DNA of 64,000 bases, taken from the NCBI GenBank assembly GCA_050575255.1, contig JBNZDD010013731.1, positions 11,965,956-12,029,955 of the forward strand, in the 5' to 3' direction. The position numbers were made by a program, and so were the translations under genes. Source of the stretch: Harriotta raleighana (lineage: Eukaryota). Below are positions 46,857 to 61,448 of this stretch, in pieces. The first letter of the stretch is position 1, and every line of letters begins with the position of its first letter. The notes below the pieces were generated by a model. That model ran no database searches. It had not been told where the DNA came from and was given only the letters and a program-made list of their open reading frames with translations.

Positions 46857-49206
46857 GTAAGTTTCCTGTTGACTCAATTTTTCTCATACTTGTGGGAGAA
46901 TCAGGTTTAGCATAATATTGTTTGTTCATTGTAACCTGTTTAGATTATTTGGGCTTTCATGGTTGATGATGAGAAATGATTGTGATATAATTATCTATTA
47001 AATGTCACACTCTCCTTTATAAGAAAACAGTCTTTCCTGAGTCACTCAGCTTTGCAGCTATAATTGACCTCAGCATCCCAGTGCTGTGTAGGGCAAGGTA
47101 ATGATCCCTGCTGGACATTTCTGCATATCAGATGAGAACAGTCTCGGGCTTGGCTGTGATTCCCCATTGTGTTGAATGGTCCTCCCAATTCCTAATACTG
47201 TATCAACATCCAGAGCAAATAACCCCCTTGGATGAAATTTCTGAAGTTAGCTTGACCCATTCATAGAATCATATAGCACAGAAGGAGGCCATTCAGCCCA
47301 TTGTGTCTGTGCTAGCTCTTTTAAAGGAGCTGTCCAGATCAATCCCACTGCCCCCCTCTCCCCATAGCCCTGCAAACTTGTCCTCCCAAAGTGCAGACTC
47401 ACCTGTGGGCATTCTTGCCCTCAAATCACAAATTTTGGGATTCAATTCCTTCCCCACTCTAAAGACAATTCACGATTCTATGAAGCTCTGTGAGACTTCT
47501 CACCGATGTTATAAGGAGCGATATGAAATTCAAGGATTATTATTATTAATGGCTGACAAATCTCATGCAGTACATTGGAGGGGGATGGGGGGCAGAGGGA
47601 GACTTACGGGTGGAGTTATAGATCCCAAGATGTAGAAAGATATTTCTCTCAACATGCTGACCAACAATCCTCCAGTTAAATTCGGCTTTCACCTATCACC
47701 TAAGGGCACCTGAGTAAAGTCGACTTATTCCATGTAAGGCATTTTGAGGTACTTGAGGATAATAATGCGCAATGATAAATGCTAATTATTTCTAAACCAT
47801 GTGATATCTACTTCCACCCCTCAGTACCTTTAGCAGGGAATAGGAAGATATTGGAAAGAGGGAGAAAAAACCTATGTGCATCAAATCACAAGATCAATTC
47901 CCATTTTCTCTGGGTTTTAATGTAATTCTTGAAGTGAGATTTTACAGATTGTATGAAGCACAACATTATCTTTTCATTCTCTGTGCTTTCTGAATGTGGG
48001 CATGACCTATTACCAGTGTCAGCTTGTGTTTAGTTTGATGCTGGAAGCTTAACGCCTGTTTTAGTGATCTTACATTTTGAAAATAGGCCAGCAGAATACA
48101 GTTAACGTGCATGATTGAGTTAAACTATTTTTGCTTTGTAATAAGTGTCACATTATACAACAGAATGTTGATAGTCATTGCTGTCTTATAGCATCTAATT
48201 TTAATGCTATTCTTCCTGTCTGGAACAAATGCGCTCAGCTTGCCACACAGAAGCAGAGCGGATGTTTTTCTCAGCCTGTTCCACAGCCACCTTTGGACTG
48301 AATAATTTTTTATGCGCTCCATTCTTATTTGAACCTAATAAATCACTTTGACATCTTGAGTTCAGAGTGAAGATTCACATTTTTGTTTAAAATTGTCATT
48401 TTAAGTCTCGGTATAAATGACGCACAGGTCTTGCTTATTTTTGGTTTAAATATCAGCCACTAATTCTCCTCTTCATTACCTGTCCACTTGCATCAGGCAT
48501 TGTTTGATTTGTGAAGCATGTTGTTTTAATTTCTGCCCTCTGCCATTTATTGGTCACTTCACAACATACTGCACAAGTGATTGTTTGCTGATCACTACCT
48601 TTACCTGCTTCAGTGCTGGGAGTTATGTAGTGAGATTTTTCTTCTTTTCTGTTCCAATGTAAATAACTATGTAAATGTAAATTTTTGGCATTTAAAATCT
48701 GTCTGTCATCCTTTATCTCATCCATCTAATTGGTGTAGCTCATTTTGAATTGTGTCAGTATTCATTTGGTGTCATCATGGTATCTCATTCTGAGAATAAA
48801 CATCTCTTCCAGAAGCAAAACAGACTGAAGGAGAATGCCATTGCTCATTTCCTCATCACATAGAAAGAGGCCATGTGGCCCATTGTGCCTGTGCCAACAC
48901 GTTGAAATAATTATTAAACTCGTCCCACTCCCCCTCTTACCCCCATACTCTTGTATATTTGCCCTTTTTATATACCTATCCAAATCACTTTTGCAAACTA
49001 CTGTCGAATCTGCTTCAACCATAGATTCAGGCAGGACATTCCAGATCGTAACAACTTTCCAGGCTTGTTTTTATAATTGTTCTTGGTCCTAATTAGAGAA
49101 CAAAAATGAATTTTGCAGTAAGTCCTTTCAGGCTTCAGCACAATCAACTATCGATGGAACTTTTCAGGTTTTGTAAATAAACTGTGCTATATCATATCTG
49201 GTATAA

Positions 49207-49416
<210 letters not shown>

Positions 49417-49943
49417 TGAAAAGATAACATTTACTTTCCCACCTCCAGTCCATGGGCTACAGGTTGGCCACTACTGTTTCAAACCTTTTCTCTTTGCATC
49501 ATTGTAAACTCTCTTTTGTGAGATTAGAAAATAAACAATTTATAAATACTGTTTGTAAATATGGTTGTACAGTAATTAGGTTTTGCAAATGGCTGCTCCA
49601 AAAAAATTGTGCAATGTACAATGTAAAAAAAATAGAATTAAAACATCCGGAATGGATGTGTGCATTGCTATGAATGAAGTCTTTCACAGAAGAATTAATT
49701 TTCTCAATAGGTACTGAATGAACACTGTGCATAGAATATGTAATACATTAATCATTTAAATGAATTACTATTTAGATGCATGTTTCTTTTTTTTTAGTAG
49801 AACCCCGCCCCCCAATTTTTGTTGTTGTTTGACTGGGAGTGAAGTCTATGTAAAAGTTAAAACTTTGTTTTGAACTTTATTTGTTCTGTGCTGTGTGATA
49901 AATTATACACTGCTGCAAGTGTCAGTTAGGCAGTTAGACACTT

Positions 49944-50249
49944 GGAGTCCTATAGCTCAGTGGTTAGAGCACTCGCCTTGCAAGCAAGACACCTGGGTTT
50001 AATTCCAGGCAGGACGAAACCGTGGGCAAATTTCCTTACCCCAAACGCTTAATAATTCCCTCGATTTAAAAACAATAATAAATTGGTCATCTCAGTCCAC
50101 AACTGTTTGTGGGACACTGCTGTGCGAAATTGGCTGCTGTGTTTCTCCCACAAATATACAGTCAATTCACTTTACAATATATTCTGTGAAGCGGTTTGAG
50201 ATGTCTAGAAGACATGAAAAGCTCTATATCAATTGCAAGGATTATTATT
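49944..50249 (+). mobile_element. SINE family A, full length, ending about 35 nt before the acceptor at 50286
   Basis: GGAGTCCTATAGCTCAGTGGTTAGAGCACTCGCC...GCAAGGATTATTATT. Confidence 0.92.
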
Positions 50250-50269
50250 CTTAAAACAAGACAAATTGA

Positions 50270-50425
<156 letters not shown>

Positions 50426-50811
50426 TGAATGACTTTGGACCAGAATAGAATACTGGATGATTATCAGTGCGTTACATTGCAGTAATCGAATGAACAGTGC
50501 TACAGACATCTGTACCATAATTTGTTATGCTACAATTATTCTCACAATTTAGATCCCAACATTATCACCAAGTGTTATTGTGAATACCTGGATATACAAA
50601 TTGCCTTCTGAAATTGGCTTTCCTCTGAAAATTTAGCAGATTCCAGTATTGTGGTCTGGGAATCTCGGCAAAGTACCAGGAGATAGGTGTGAATTTTTGT
50701 GTGCAACATCCGTCTGTTTAACTAAAAGTTTGGTGGTGTCTTGTAACTTTGGTTATGATTATACTTTTGGATATTTTCTAGATTGCTAAGCCCACAACTG
50801 TTATTTTGCAG

Positions 50812-50975
50812 AACCTTTTCCACTGTCTCACGGACCTCCTGAGTAATGGTGTTGTGAAAATACCAGAAGCTAAGGGGGATGACGCTTGGAAGGTTTACTT
50901 TGATGAGACCGCACAAGAAATAGTGGATGAGTTTGCCATGCGTTATGGCATTGAATCCATTTATCAGGCAATGAC
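50812..50975 (+). CDS. unc13b: unc13b exon [54 protein letters not shown](T)
   Basis: TTTTGCAG| and AC|GTGAGT, phase 0-2. Confidence 0.97.
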
Positions 50976-51479
50976 GTGAGTTTAAAAGGAAAAAAAAATG
51001 ATCAAGAAGAGAAGTAATAAATTGTGGGAAAAAGAAAACCTGAGCATTTATTTTTCTAATCAATCAAAGCAATAGCAGAAATTGAATTTTTTTTAACTTT
51101 AAAAAAAAATGTAATGCCATATCTGAAATGAGGGCTAGTGATTCACTACACATAGTACATTATATGTTTAGGCTGTGTTTTGACAGATAGAGTAGGTTCC
51201 AGAGAACTGAGATTGATTGCCATGTTAGAAATGAGCAGAGCAGCAAATATCACAAATTCAATGCTATCAACTTTTTTTTAATATACCCAAACAATTTTCG
51301 TCTTGGAGAGGACTGCTATTGAGCTTGTCGACTGTTAATTTTCAAAGGAACATACAATATGTTAAAAGCAGTTGCCTCAATTGGAGGCAGCTAAATTAAA
51401 AGCTACAAAGATTTTTTAAGATTGGTCAGCTTGGTGCCTTGACACATGGAGAAAACCATCACAATGTTTACAAACCATC

Positions 51480-52066
51480 CCATGTATCCCATCTACACAT
51501 CATCCAGACTCTCACTTGCTACGCAAGATCTACGCGATCTTTGCCCCAGGCTTGCCTCCATCACTGCCTCTTCCCTCAGCCTCAGCCTGCCTCTCCCCTC
51601 ATTTACATTTTTATCATGTCCATGGTTGATTATTCCATTTATTAATGCAAGGGTTACTATTCCAAAGCCTTCCTCCATACACAAAATTACAAACCATCCA
51701 CGAAGTCTGCATTCTGTGCCCTCCTCCACAACAGGCTTGGCTAGTCCATTTCCCAATCCCCACTCACAAATTCCAGCAGATTATTGTGAATATTCATGTC
51801 TTTTCTTTCAAATTCCTCCACAGCTTTGATCTTTACAACCCTCCTCGGCAGCTCCCTCCACTTAGCAAACATCAACCTGCTTCATTCCCCCACCCAATCT
51901 GCCCCACCATCAGTATGTGAGCATTTTGCCCAACAGTCTCTCCACATAGATCCCTACCTCTCCATCTTCACAATTTGCTTAAATATTGACCGTCCAGCTT
52001 GGACTCCCAGTCAGGTGTGTGAAGGCCTTGGCACATGAAATGTGCTATAGAAATATGAATTGTTGC
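51480..52066 (+). mobile_element. Highly degenerate L2-like LINE 3' fragment
   Basis: C-rich sequence collinear with 58375-59068 (CCATGGTTGATTATTCC ~ SRLDY; tail ATGAAATGTGCTATAGAAAT...TTGTTG). Confidence 0.55.
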
Positions 52067-52199
52067 TCTATTAAGATTAAATTCAGTGCATTGGAGAGTG
52101 CTGCAGATTCACACTTTATTAGTGGTGATTTCAAAAAAAAATACATAAAAAATCGTGTCTATTTCTGTTGCAAATATATATGTGTATAGTACTAAATAA

Positions 52200-52379
<180 letters not shown>

Positions 52380-53423
52380 TGAGCCTACAGTTTTCTTGAA
52401 CCTTTTGTCTTTTTTTGTCACCAATTTATTCACTTTCTCGTCGCCTGAATGAAATTCCCTTTGTTCACACAGAATAATAGAAATTATAAAACCAAAGGAA
52501 GCCATATAGTCCTGTACTGGTGCTCATTAGAACATCAGTGCCAAGATGGGGTGTTTTAATGTATTCCCCGATGCTCCTCCCTTTCCCAAACCTGTTAATG
52601 CTGTTTCTCTTCGACTTTTTTTTAATAGTGACTGCTTCAGATTTGCTGTGGATGATTTGCACTGATATGAGCTGTTTTAAATTGTCATACTTCCCCCACA
52701 GCTACTAAATACTGAAGTCTTTGATAAGGACACTAGTTAGCATCAGAATAAGATGGTTAGATAAGAAAAGTTTTCCAAAACACCTCTGTTCAATTCCGAA
52801 GAAGTAATATAACAAGGGAGATGGTAAATATCCGTGTCTCCCATCATTTCGCCTGGAAAATATACAGTAACTTCACTGTAAAGCAGATTCTGTGAAGCGC
52901 TTTGAGCTGTCTCGGAAGACATGATAAAACGTTATATCAAATGCAAGGAATATTATTATTATTATTAAATTGGATAGTGAAGAATTTGAGGTTGAAAAAT
53001 ATATTTGTGGAAAAACTGCAGGTTAAATTCTGTAGCACGATTGCTGGAGAAAAGCACCTTTTGATGTCTCATGCAACTCACATCTTATGTACATCATATT
53101 GCTGCAAGAACTCTACTCCTACCAGAGATTGTGGCATTTATGCTAAGTTTTTCTTGTCAATGCCCGTTTTTCAGCACCATTAACTTGGAACCGTGTTTTT
53201 TTCCTTCAGCTGTTGTAAGTCGTGAAAAGAATTATTATTCTCGACTGAGGAAAAAATATGAGCAAGATAAGAAAGGCAATATAGAGTCATTAGATTCCAG
53301 ATACTGTATATCATGCAGAAATTGCCATGTCCAGGCTAGAAAAGTATTTTTCATACTGTGATTTGTGGGTGGTGGCTAATGGAAAACATTTTGAATTTTT
53401 ACACTTGCACAGTATGGTTCTGA

Positions 53424-53588
<165 letters not shown>

Positions 53589-54410
53589 TAATGATTTTCT
53601 CACTGATGTGCTGCCTGCCAAATTTCACAATTGGTATGTGGAAGGTGAAGATATTGGATGTGACAATGCTGGATAATATTGCTTATCTTCAGTCTCTGCA
53701 TTGTCATTAATCACTAAACTATTACTTTTATCATTCCTGCAGCCCATAATTGTGAAATTAAAAATCCCAAACCTTTACAGCAGACACTCAGTGTGCTCAC
53801 ATATATAAACTACTGGAGTTCTATACATAAACATTTGACATCATCAGGACAAATTGAATGGACTAAAAAACACACTAAAGGAAAATAATTTGATTTAAAA
53901 TGTAACTTCTGTTCCACATAAACTCCCAGGATCATTAACATAATACTGTAGTTGGCGAGAATAATTAACATAAGCAGTTGGTTACCTAAACTGCTTTTCT
54001 CAACTACTGGGGAGGATGTAAATGGGCATTGGTTGTCAGGAGGAAAATAGGACTTAGTAACATATTACAAAGTTCATGATGTTCAATTATGAAATCAGTT
54101 GGATTTATTAATGAGGACAGTTGCTCTCTGTCATTCTTTCACTGGGATTCTTGACCTTGTCATTTCAACATGACACCTCATACACATCAGAACTGTTCTG
54201 TCCCATCAGAACAACAACTTGGATTTATATTTAAATTCTTAATGCAGAGTAATGTGTCAGATCACCGTTGGTGCAAGACTCCAATTAGGGAGACTGAGCA
54301 ATCGGTTGAGAGTTCATTCATACTAATCCTCCTCTTCCCTCTCACCAAGTCACTTTTTCTCTATCTCTTTATTAGTGCTCATCCTAAATCTTATTCACTC
54401 TCACTGGATC

Positions 54411-54515
54411 ACAGAGTTCTGATGAAGGGTCATGGACCCGAAACGTTGCCTCACTTTTCTTTTTTCCATAGATGCTGCCTGATCTGCTGAGTGTTGCCAG
54501 CGATTTCTCTTTATG
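54411..54515 (+). mobile_element. Penelope-like element terminal remnant
   Basis: TCTGATGAAGGGTC...GACCCGAAACGTT...CATAGATGCTGCCTGATCTGCTGAGT resembles an abundant chondrichthyan repeat as I recall it; contains a hammerhead-like core. Confidence 0.6.
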
Positions 54516-54832
54516 TTTAAGTAAACGCTGATTGGATGAGGGAGGTTAAATTTATTGAAAAAGGTTTCATGCTTTTTGAGTTTGATTTCCTATCCCAAAT
54601 CCAAGTTTAATTCACCTTAACAAAATCTGATTTTAGTAAGTTATTTTTTGCAGTTTCTCTCTATGATGCATTTCTGTCAACTAGGCAGCTGACACACAGG
54701 TTTACGAGCCTATCATTCCATCTGATGAGAATTTGTAGTTCAAGCCAACATCATTAATAGAGAATTGAATAACTTGTCAATTCTGTCGAATCCTTCTTCT
54801 TAATTGCTGAAGTATTTATTTTCAGAAATTGA

Positions 54833-54955
<123 letters not shown>

Positions 54956-55509
54956 TAGTGCTGTTATTTATGTTTACATTTCAACAATGTTTTAATTCTG
55001 TTCGCAAAAGCATTTAGAGATTAGACTCAGACCTCATCCTTTTGATTGGTGCAAGTTACTGAGGAGAACAAGAACTTCTCCTCTGTAACACCAATTTGTA
55101 TTTACATAGTGGCCCTCACAAAGAGTAACATCTCAGAGTGCTTGAAAGTGGCAGAGCACAAGGCCATGCCAGGTGGAGGTGACAGTAGAGCTCAATCAAA
55201 GAGGAAGGTCAAAGAGGTGCGACCTGAAGATGGGGAAGGATGGGGCAAGGTGGGGGGATTGAGAAAGAATCTTGGAACATAGTGGTTGAAAGCACAGCCA
55301 CTGATGGTGAAACGGAGGACATGAGGAACAACTTTAGCAAATAATTATTAAACAAAAAAGAACATAGAATCCAGTGCAATGCGGACAATTTACAAAACAA
55401 AACTCAACAATATCCAGTTGAAAAAAATGCCAGGTCCGGGGAGATAGAGAATAAGAAAATACCTGGAGAGGTTTGCAGCCATCTCGTGGTCTGTGCCTGC
55501 CTAACACTT

Positions 55510-55531
55510 TATATATATATATATATATATA
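55510..55531. repeat. (TA)n microsatellite
   Basis: Seen directly. Confidence 0.9.
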
Positions 55532-56742
55532 GCAAATCACAATGATTTTCTATAGAGGAAAGCACAAATGGTGTTGCTTCAATACATCTTAGACATAGGA
55601 ACAAGTTACATTTGTATAATGTCTTTCACAAAAGATACATTTCTTGAAACACTTTACAGAAGAAAAACAAACCCTAATTTTTTAATTGATTAGTAATGAA
55701 CTGAATATTGTAGAGGCAAATGTGCCAGCTAATTTTCCCAATCACTGTCCTCCAAAGAATGAGATAAGTAGCCAAATGTTTTGTTTTTTGGGGATTTGAA
55801 TGAGGATGAACCAGGAGAAAACTATATTTTTGTTTAAACTGGTAGAGGGCAATTGTTCCTTTAATGTTGAAGTGGTACAACAACAACAACTTGGATACAG
55901 ATAGTCTCTTCACATGGGGTAGCATCACAGAGTGCTTGACAGTAGTGAAGCTTGACACCAAGCCAGCAAGAAGGCCTAGAGGAAGGTCTTCATGAAGTAT
56001 GAAAACCGGGAAGGGGGGAGGCAAGGCAGAGGGATTGAAGTAGAGAGTTCCGTAGATTCAGGACGCAGTGACTGAAAGCACGAGTGCTGATGGTGTAACC
56101 AAAGGGTAAAGTGACGAGCTGGAGGCCAGATCCAGCTGAGTGAAGATGGTGGTTAGTGGAGTTGGGAGTAAGCAGGTCAGAGATGTTTGTACTCAGAATG
56201 AGCTCCGAAACATGGCCAACTTTTCAGTGCAGTGCTGATAGAAGTGCTGCTTTTTGGAAGAGATGTGTTAAACAATGGTTCCTCTACCTGTTTAGATCCA
56301 ATAATCTACAAATACAAAGTTATCTCCCTTAATATCAATTACCTTCAACATAATTTGAGGTGTTTTGACAAAGCCCTTTGTGAAATGCAATGATTATTAT
56401 TTTCTAGAAACAATTTTTATTCAATAATTTCACTGTTTTGATGGAATGTGGCTGTGTGAATATGCTAGCTGCAGTTTTAACTTGAATTTGTAGTAATAAC
56501 TTCAAGAACATGGTTTACAGGTCTAACCTTGCTATTGCTGTTTGGCTACTCAATTGACTAGAATTGACTAGACTTGAGTATTTTTTAAAAAAAAGTATGT
56601 TAAGTTGATCATGTTGAATACCAGTATCTGGTATTTGTTCTTCTTTATGTGCTTTCTTAAATCTTGTGCAAATATTAATTCTCAGTATGGAGCAAAGACA
56701 AATAATCTCTATAAACATCATGTGTGTTTCATATCTGTTTAG

Positions 56743-56931
<189 letters not shown>

Positions 56932-57512
56932 TAAGGACAAGTGAATTGTCTGGTATTCAAAGTAGACTTCTAGAAATTCCTGTAGTCTCGGTGCATCTGA
57001 TTTTACCGAATGATAAAATTCTGCTTTTGCTGAAATTGTAAAGTGTGTTTTTTTTAATCTGTTTATTACAATTGAATTTACTGATGATAGAAAAAATTTG
57101 GAGTGAGCAGATTGAGGTAAATCTTTTCAATTTGCACATGTTAATAATTAAGTTCACATTTCTGCAATGGTTGTATTTTTAGTTTGAAAATGTTAAATTA
57201 ATGTTTTGATATCACCTACCTAAGGCATTCATTTGTATTATTTAGGTTCAGTACCCTCATTCTTTTATCCTGTCTATGAATGATAAGCAAAGGATTGTCA
57301 TTTGCAAGGAGTTCAGTGGAGCAGCCTGTGTGTTTTATGGTGTACCAGCACTTCACTTTATTAATAATAATATTACTTTATTCGCTTGAGTATTTGAATA
57401 TATTCCACACTGAAAATATTTAATAAAAATATTTTTTTCCTGCTTTCTATCTTGTGTTGCTAATTTTTTTATTGACTTTTTTTCATCATTGTGTTTATCT
57501 TTTGTTTCACAG

Positions 57513-57646
57513 AATAAGAAACAAGATCTGCCTCCAGAGGAGCAAGGCCCCAGCATCAAGAATTTGGATTTCTGGCCGAAACTTATCACACTTATTGTCT
57601 CCATTATTGAAGAAGATAAGAATTCTTATACTCCAGTCCTTAACCA
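57513..57646 (+). CDS. unc13b: unc13b exon [44 protein letters not shown](Q) (MUN)
   Basis: TTTCACAG| and CA|GTGAGT, phase 0-2. Confidence 0.97.
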
Positions 57647-58099
57647 GTGAGTAGAAATTCACTTTCATTATTTCTGTGTGGTGGGATTTCATAGACACAC
57701 AGGTTAATGCTGGGCATCAAGGTACCAGATACCATGGGAACCACATTTTCAACCTCCACCAGTGAAACATTTGCTGATATAATAGAAATGTGTCTTATTT
57801 TAGCAACGGCCACATCAATAAATCCCAGCTATAAATCTATTGCAGTGCCGTTTCATATTTTAAGGATCTATCAAAAGCACATAAAAATGTCTGAGGAGAA
57901 CTCTGCTTGGATTACATGTGATACCTTCAATCTTACCTGTTGGGTCAGTTGATAAATACATTATCCATAATAGATCTGTGTTTCTGTCGGCAATATTGCC
58001 ACGGGAAGGTGCCACAGACAGACATGAAGTGAATTCACAATTTATCTGGATTGTTATTATTCTATTCTCGGTATTGAATACTGTCAGTGACATTCACCA

Positions 58100-58266
58100 G
58101 AATAGGTAGACAGGACCTTAACGTTTCATCCGAAAGATGGTACCCCTAACAATACTTTCCCCTAGTGCTGTGCTGGAGTGTCAGGCTGGACTCTTAAACT
58201 GAAACCCCAAATATGGGTTTAAATCTACAACCTTTCCATTCCAAGATGAGATGGCGACAGGGCTGA
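58100..58266 (-). mobile_element. Old Deu-domain-like SINE fragment
   Basis: TTAACGTTTCATCCGAAAGATGGTACC...CTAGTGCTG..CTGGAGTGTCAG.CTGGA followed by a degenerate tRNA-like head on the minus strand. Confidence 0.55.
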
Positions 58267-58374
58267 AATCTAGATTGTATCTGCGAGGCTTGCGTTTCTT
58301 TACTTTAAACAACTGTTAAAAGATTTGACAGTAGTTATTGTGCATCAGGCACTGGCAACATCAACCTCCATGGT

Positions 58375-59068
58375 TGCACTCTCCCAACCTCACCAAGCCA
58401 GTCAGGAACCTAGGTTTCTTGTTCGACCCTCAACTGTCTTTCCTTCCCCACATCCAAGCAATGACTTGTTCTGCCTTTCCCCACCTCCGCAACATTGCCC
58501 GACTCCACCACTACCTGACCCTCAAAGCCGCTGAAACCCTCATTCATGCCTTTTTTACATCCCGGCTCGACTATGCAAATCCTCTGTTTGTTGGTCTTCC
58601 CAATTCCTCCCTCCATAGGCTGTAGATCATCCAGAACTCTGTGGCCCGTTCCAAACTCCGTAATCACGTCTCCCCCATCCTCATCCGAATCCATTGGCTC
58701 CCCATCATCCAGAGGATCCAATTCAAGATCCTGGTCCTCACATTTACGGCCTTCCACAATCTCACCCCACCCTACATCTGTGACCTCCTATTCCTTTACC
58801 AACCTGCCCGCTCCCTCTGCTCAGCAAACTCTGGCCAGCTCCACATCCCTCAACCCACCTGTTCCCATCTCACTCCTTTCCTGGCCTCTTTCAAGTCTCT
58901 CTTCAAGACTCTCCTCTTCGATGGACCCATCGGCAATTCCTAATTCCCCCCCCCCGCCCCCCCGCAACCCGTCCTCAGCTTGGGTCTGAAACAGTGACTG
59001 TCCAGCGCCTAGGGATGCCCTCCTGACATGAAAGGTGCTGTACAAGTGTAATTTTGTTGCTGTTGTTG
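58375..59068 (+). mobile_element. L2/CR1-clade LINE 3' fragment (ORF2 C-terminus remnant with stop codons and frameshifts)
   Basis: VRNLGFLFDPQLSF..HI....SAF.HLRNIARL...AETLIHAFFTSRLDYAN...GLP, then HVSPILIRIHWLPIIQRIQFKILVLTF; tail AAAGGTGCTGTACAAGTGTAATTTTGTTG. Confidence 0.9.
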
Positions 59069-59105
59069 TGTGTGCTGTATGATGCAGGTGCCAGGCGCTT
59101 GTTGA

Positions 59106-59297
<192 letters not shown>

Positions 59298-60719
59298 TAA
59301 ACAATTTGAAAGTGGAATTAATGTTGTTTTTTTTTAAAAAAATAGATGAGTTCTCTCTTAAAAGCTGCTATCGAATCGGACTTCACTACCCTTTCAGGCA
59401 GATCATTCCAAATTCGAACAACTCTCCCAACCTCATCAAGCTAGTCAGGAACCTAGGTGTCTTGTTCGACCCTCAACTGCCTTTGCTCCCTTAGTTCCTT
59501 CCTTAGTTTTTCTTTTTTTGCAGTTCTCCAGATTGTAACATCTTGGCTATGATTTAAATGGAATTACAGAGACTCTACAACACCAAAAACAGACTATTTA
59601 GCCCAACATAGGCTAAACCTGTGTTTATACTCCAGAGGAATCTCTTTTCCCTTGTGTATACTTTGAGTTTCCTCTTAAATAGATGAATGCATTCTCCTTC
59701 AACCACAGGTTCTTTCAGTGAGTTCTATATTCTCTCCATCCTTTATGGGGAAAAAAAAGGTTCCTCCTAATCTCTTTTAGGCCTTCTACTGGCTATTTTA
59801 GATTTAATCCCCATTGTTATGGACAAACCAACAAGTGAAAACAGCATATATATGTCCACTCTATTAAACTTTTCATAATTTTCAAAGCCCCTTAAATGCC
59901 TCGCCTCCAGAGAGAGAATTTCAGTTTAGAAATTTTTTGGTTCGTTGATTTCAATTATGATTCTGACAGTTGTAAAGAATTTTAATTGTATTTGATAGGC
60001 CGTTATTCTGTAAATGTCAAAAGATATTATCCTGTACGAAAGCACCTGTTTTCATTGTAGTTTGTCTTAACTGAATTCAGTTCCATTTAACATTAACACT
60101 TTAGCCATTTTAAAAAATTATCACTTTGCCATTGTGCATGGTTTGATTTTGGGAGTAAAAATTTGCATTATATTGCTCACTGAATATTAATAATTCTTGC
60201 TTTTATATAGTGCCTTATCACATCATTGAGAAATCTCAATGCCCTTCATAGGATATACTGTAAAGTAAGACAACTGTATATTTGTAACAAGTATTGAAAA
60301 CTGCAAGAATAAAACACAACGATTTCCTTTACACAGCATTTCTAGACATGACATAGCTTAAAAACACAGGAGTGTACATGTTTGTAAAAGAACGTTACCA
60401 TTTAGGACGTCCTCCCGACCTGAAAGGTGCTTTATAAATGTAATTTTGTTTTTGTTGTTCTTTGCTACTTCTTTCTCCCCACAAATTCTCTACCATCAAT
60501 ATGGACACATCTATAATTGGTAATAGAATCTGCCTCCGTTGTGTCTTGGGTAATCCTTTTCACTGATGTATCCACTGGATAAAGTAGTTAACTCGAAATT
60601 ATCGATTCATCTGGCTTCTGGGTTTGAGGACATTACTATAAAAATCCTTGCATTTGGGAGAGTGCTCCTGATTGGCTCTTGCCAACTCCTCCACATATCA
60701 AGCATTGACACCATCAGAA

Positions 60720-61448
60720 TCCACTCTACCTCACCAAGCCAATCAAGAACCTAGGCGTTTTGTTTTACTCTCAACTGTCCTTTCTCCCCCATATCCATAC
60801 CATGACCTGCACTGGCTTCCCTCATCGCTGCAATACTTTCCAACCCTGCCATTGCCTCACCCCTCAAGCCGCCAAAACCCTCATATATGCATTCGTCACT
60901 AAGATTTGACTACTGAAACTCCCTCCTTGTTGGCCTTCCCAACTCTTCCCTCCACAAGTTGCAGATCATTCAGAACTCTGCAGCTCGTGTCCTCTCCAGC
61001 ACTAGGCTCTTTCACCCTATTAGCTCCACCCGGCCCCATCCCTCAGAGGATAGAATTCAAAATACTCGTCCTCACTTATAAGGCCCCCTCCTACCTCTCT
61101 GACCTGCTGTCAACCTGTCCGCTTCCTCCATTCAGCAGGCTCCGGCCTGCTCCACGTCTCCTACCTGACCCTATCATCGGCGGCTAGGCTTTCAGCCTCT
61201 CTGCCCCACCCTTTGGAACTCTATCCCACAATCCCTTCGGCTTGGTTCTTCTCTTGCCTCCTTCAAGGCACAACTAAGATCCTCCCTTTTCACTGTTCCT
61301 TCAGCTGCCCTAATACCTCTCTCATCCCAACCCTGCCCCTCTCCTCCATCCCATGCTCGGGTCCTGATCCCCAACTGTTCAGCGCCTACATTTGTAAAGG
61401 GCCTCCTGAAAAATGGCCCTTTAGAAATGTAATTTTGTTGTTGTTGTT
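60720..61448 (+). mobile_element. L2-like LINE 3' fragment
   Basis: Homologous to 58375-59068 (QRIEFKILVLTYKA, LWNSIP); tail AAATGTAATTTTGTTGTTGTTG. Confidence 0.85.

Noticed and set aside
49944-50020. tRNA gene (A and B boxes)
   Set aside because: It is the tRNA-derived head of a SINE; it continues into the SINE body and recurs in many diverged copies.
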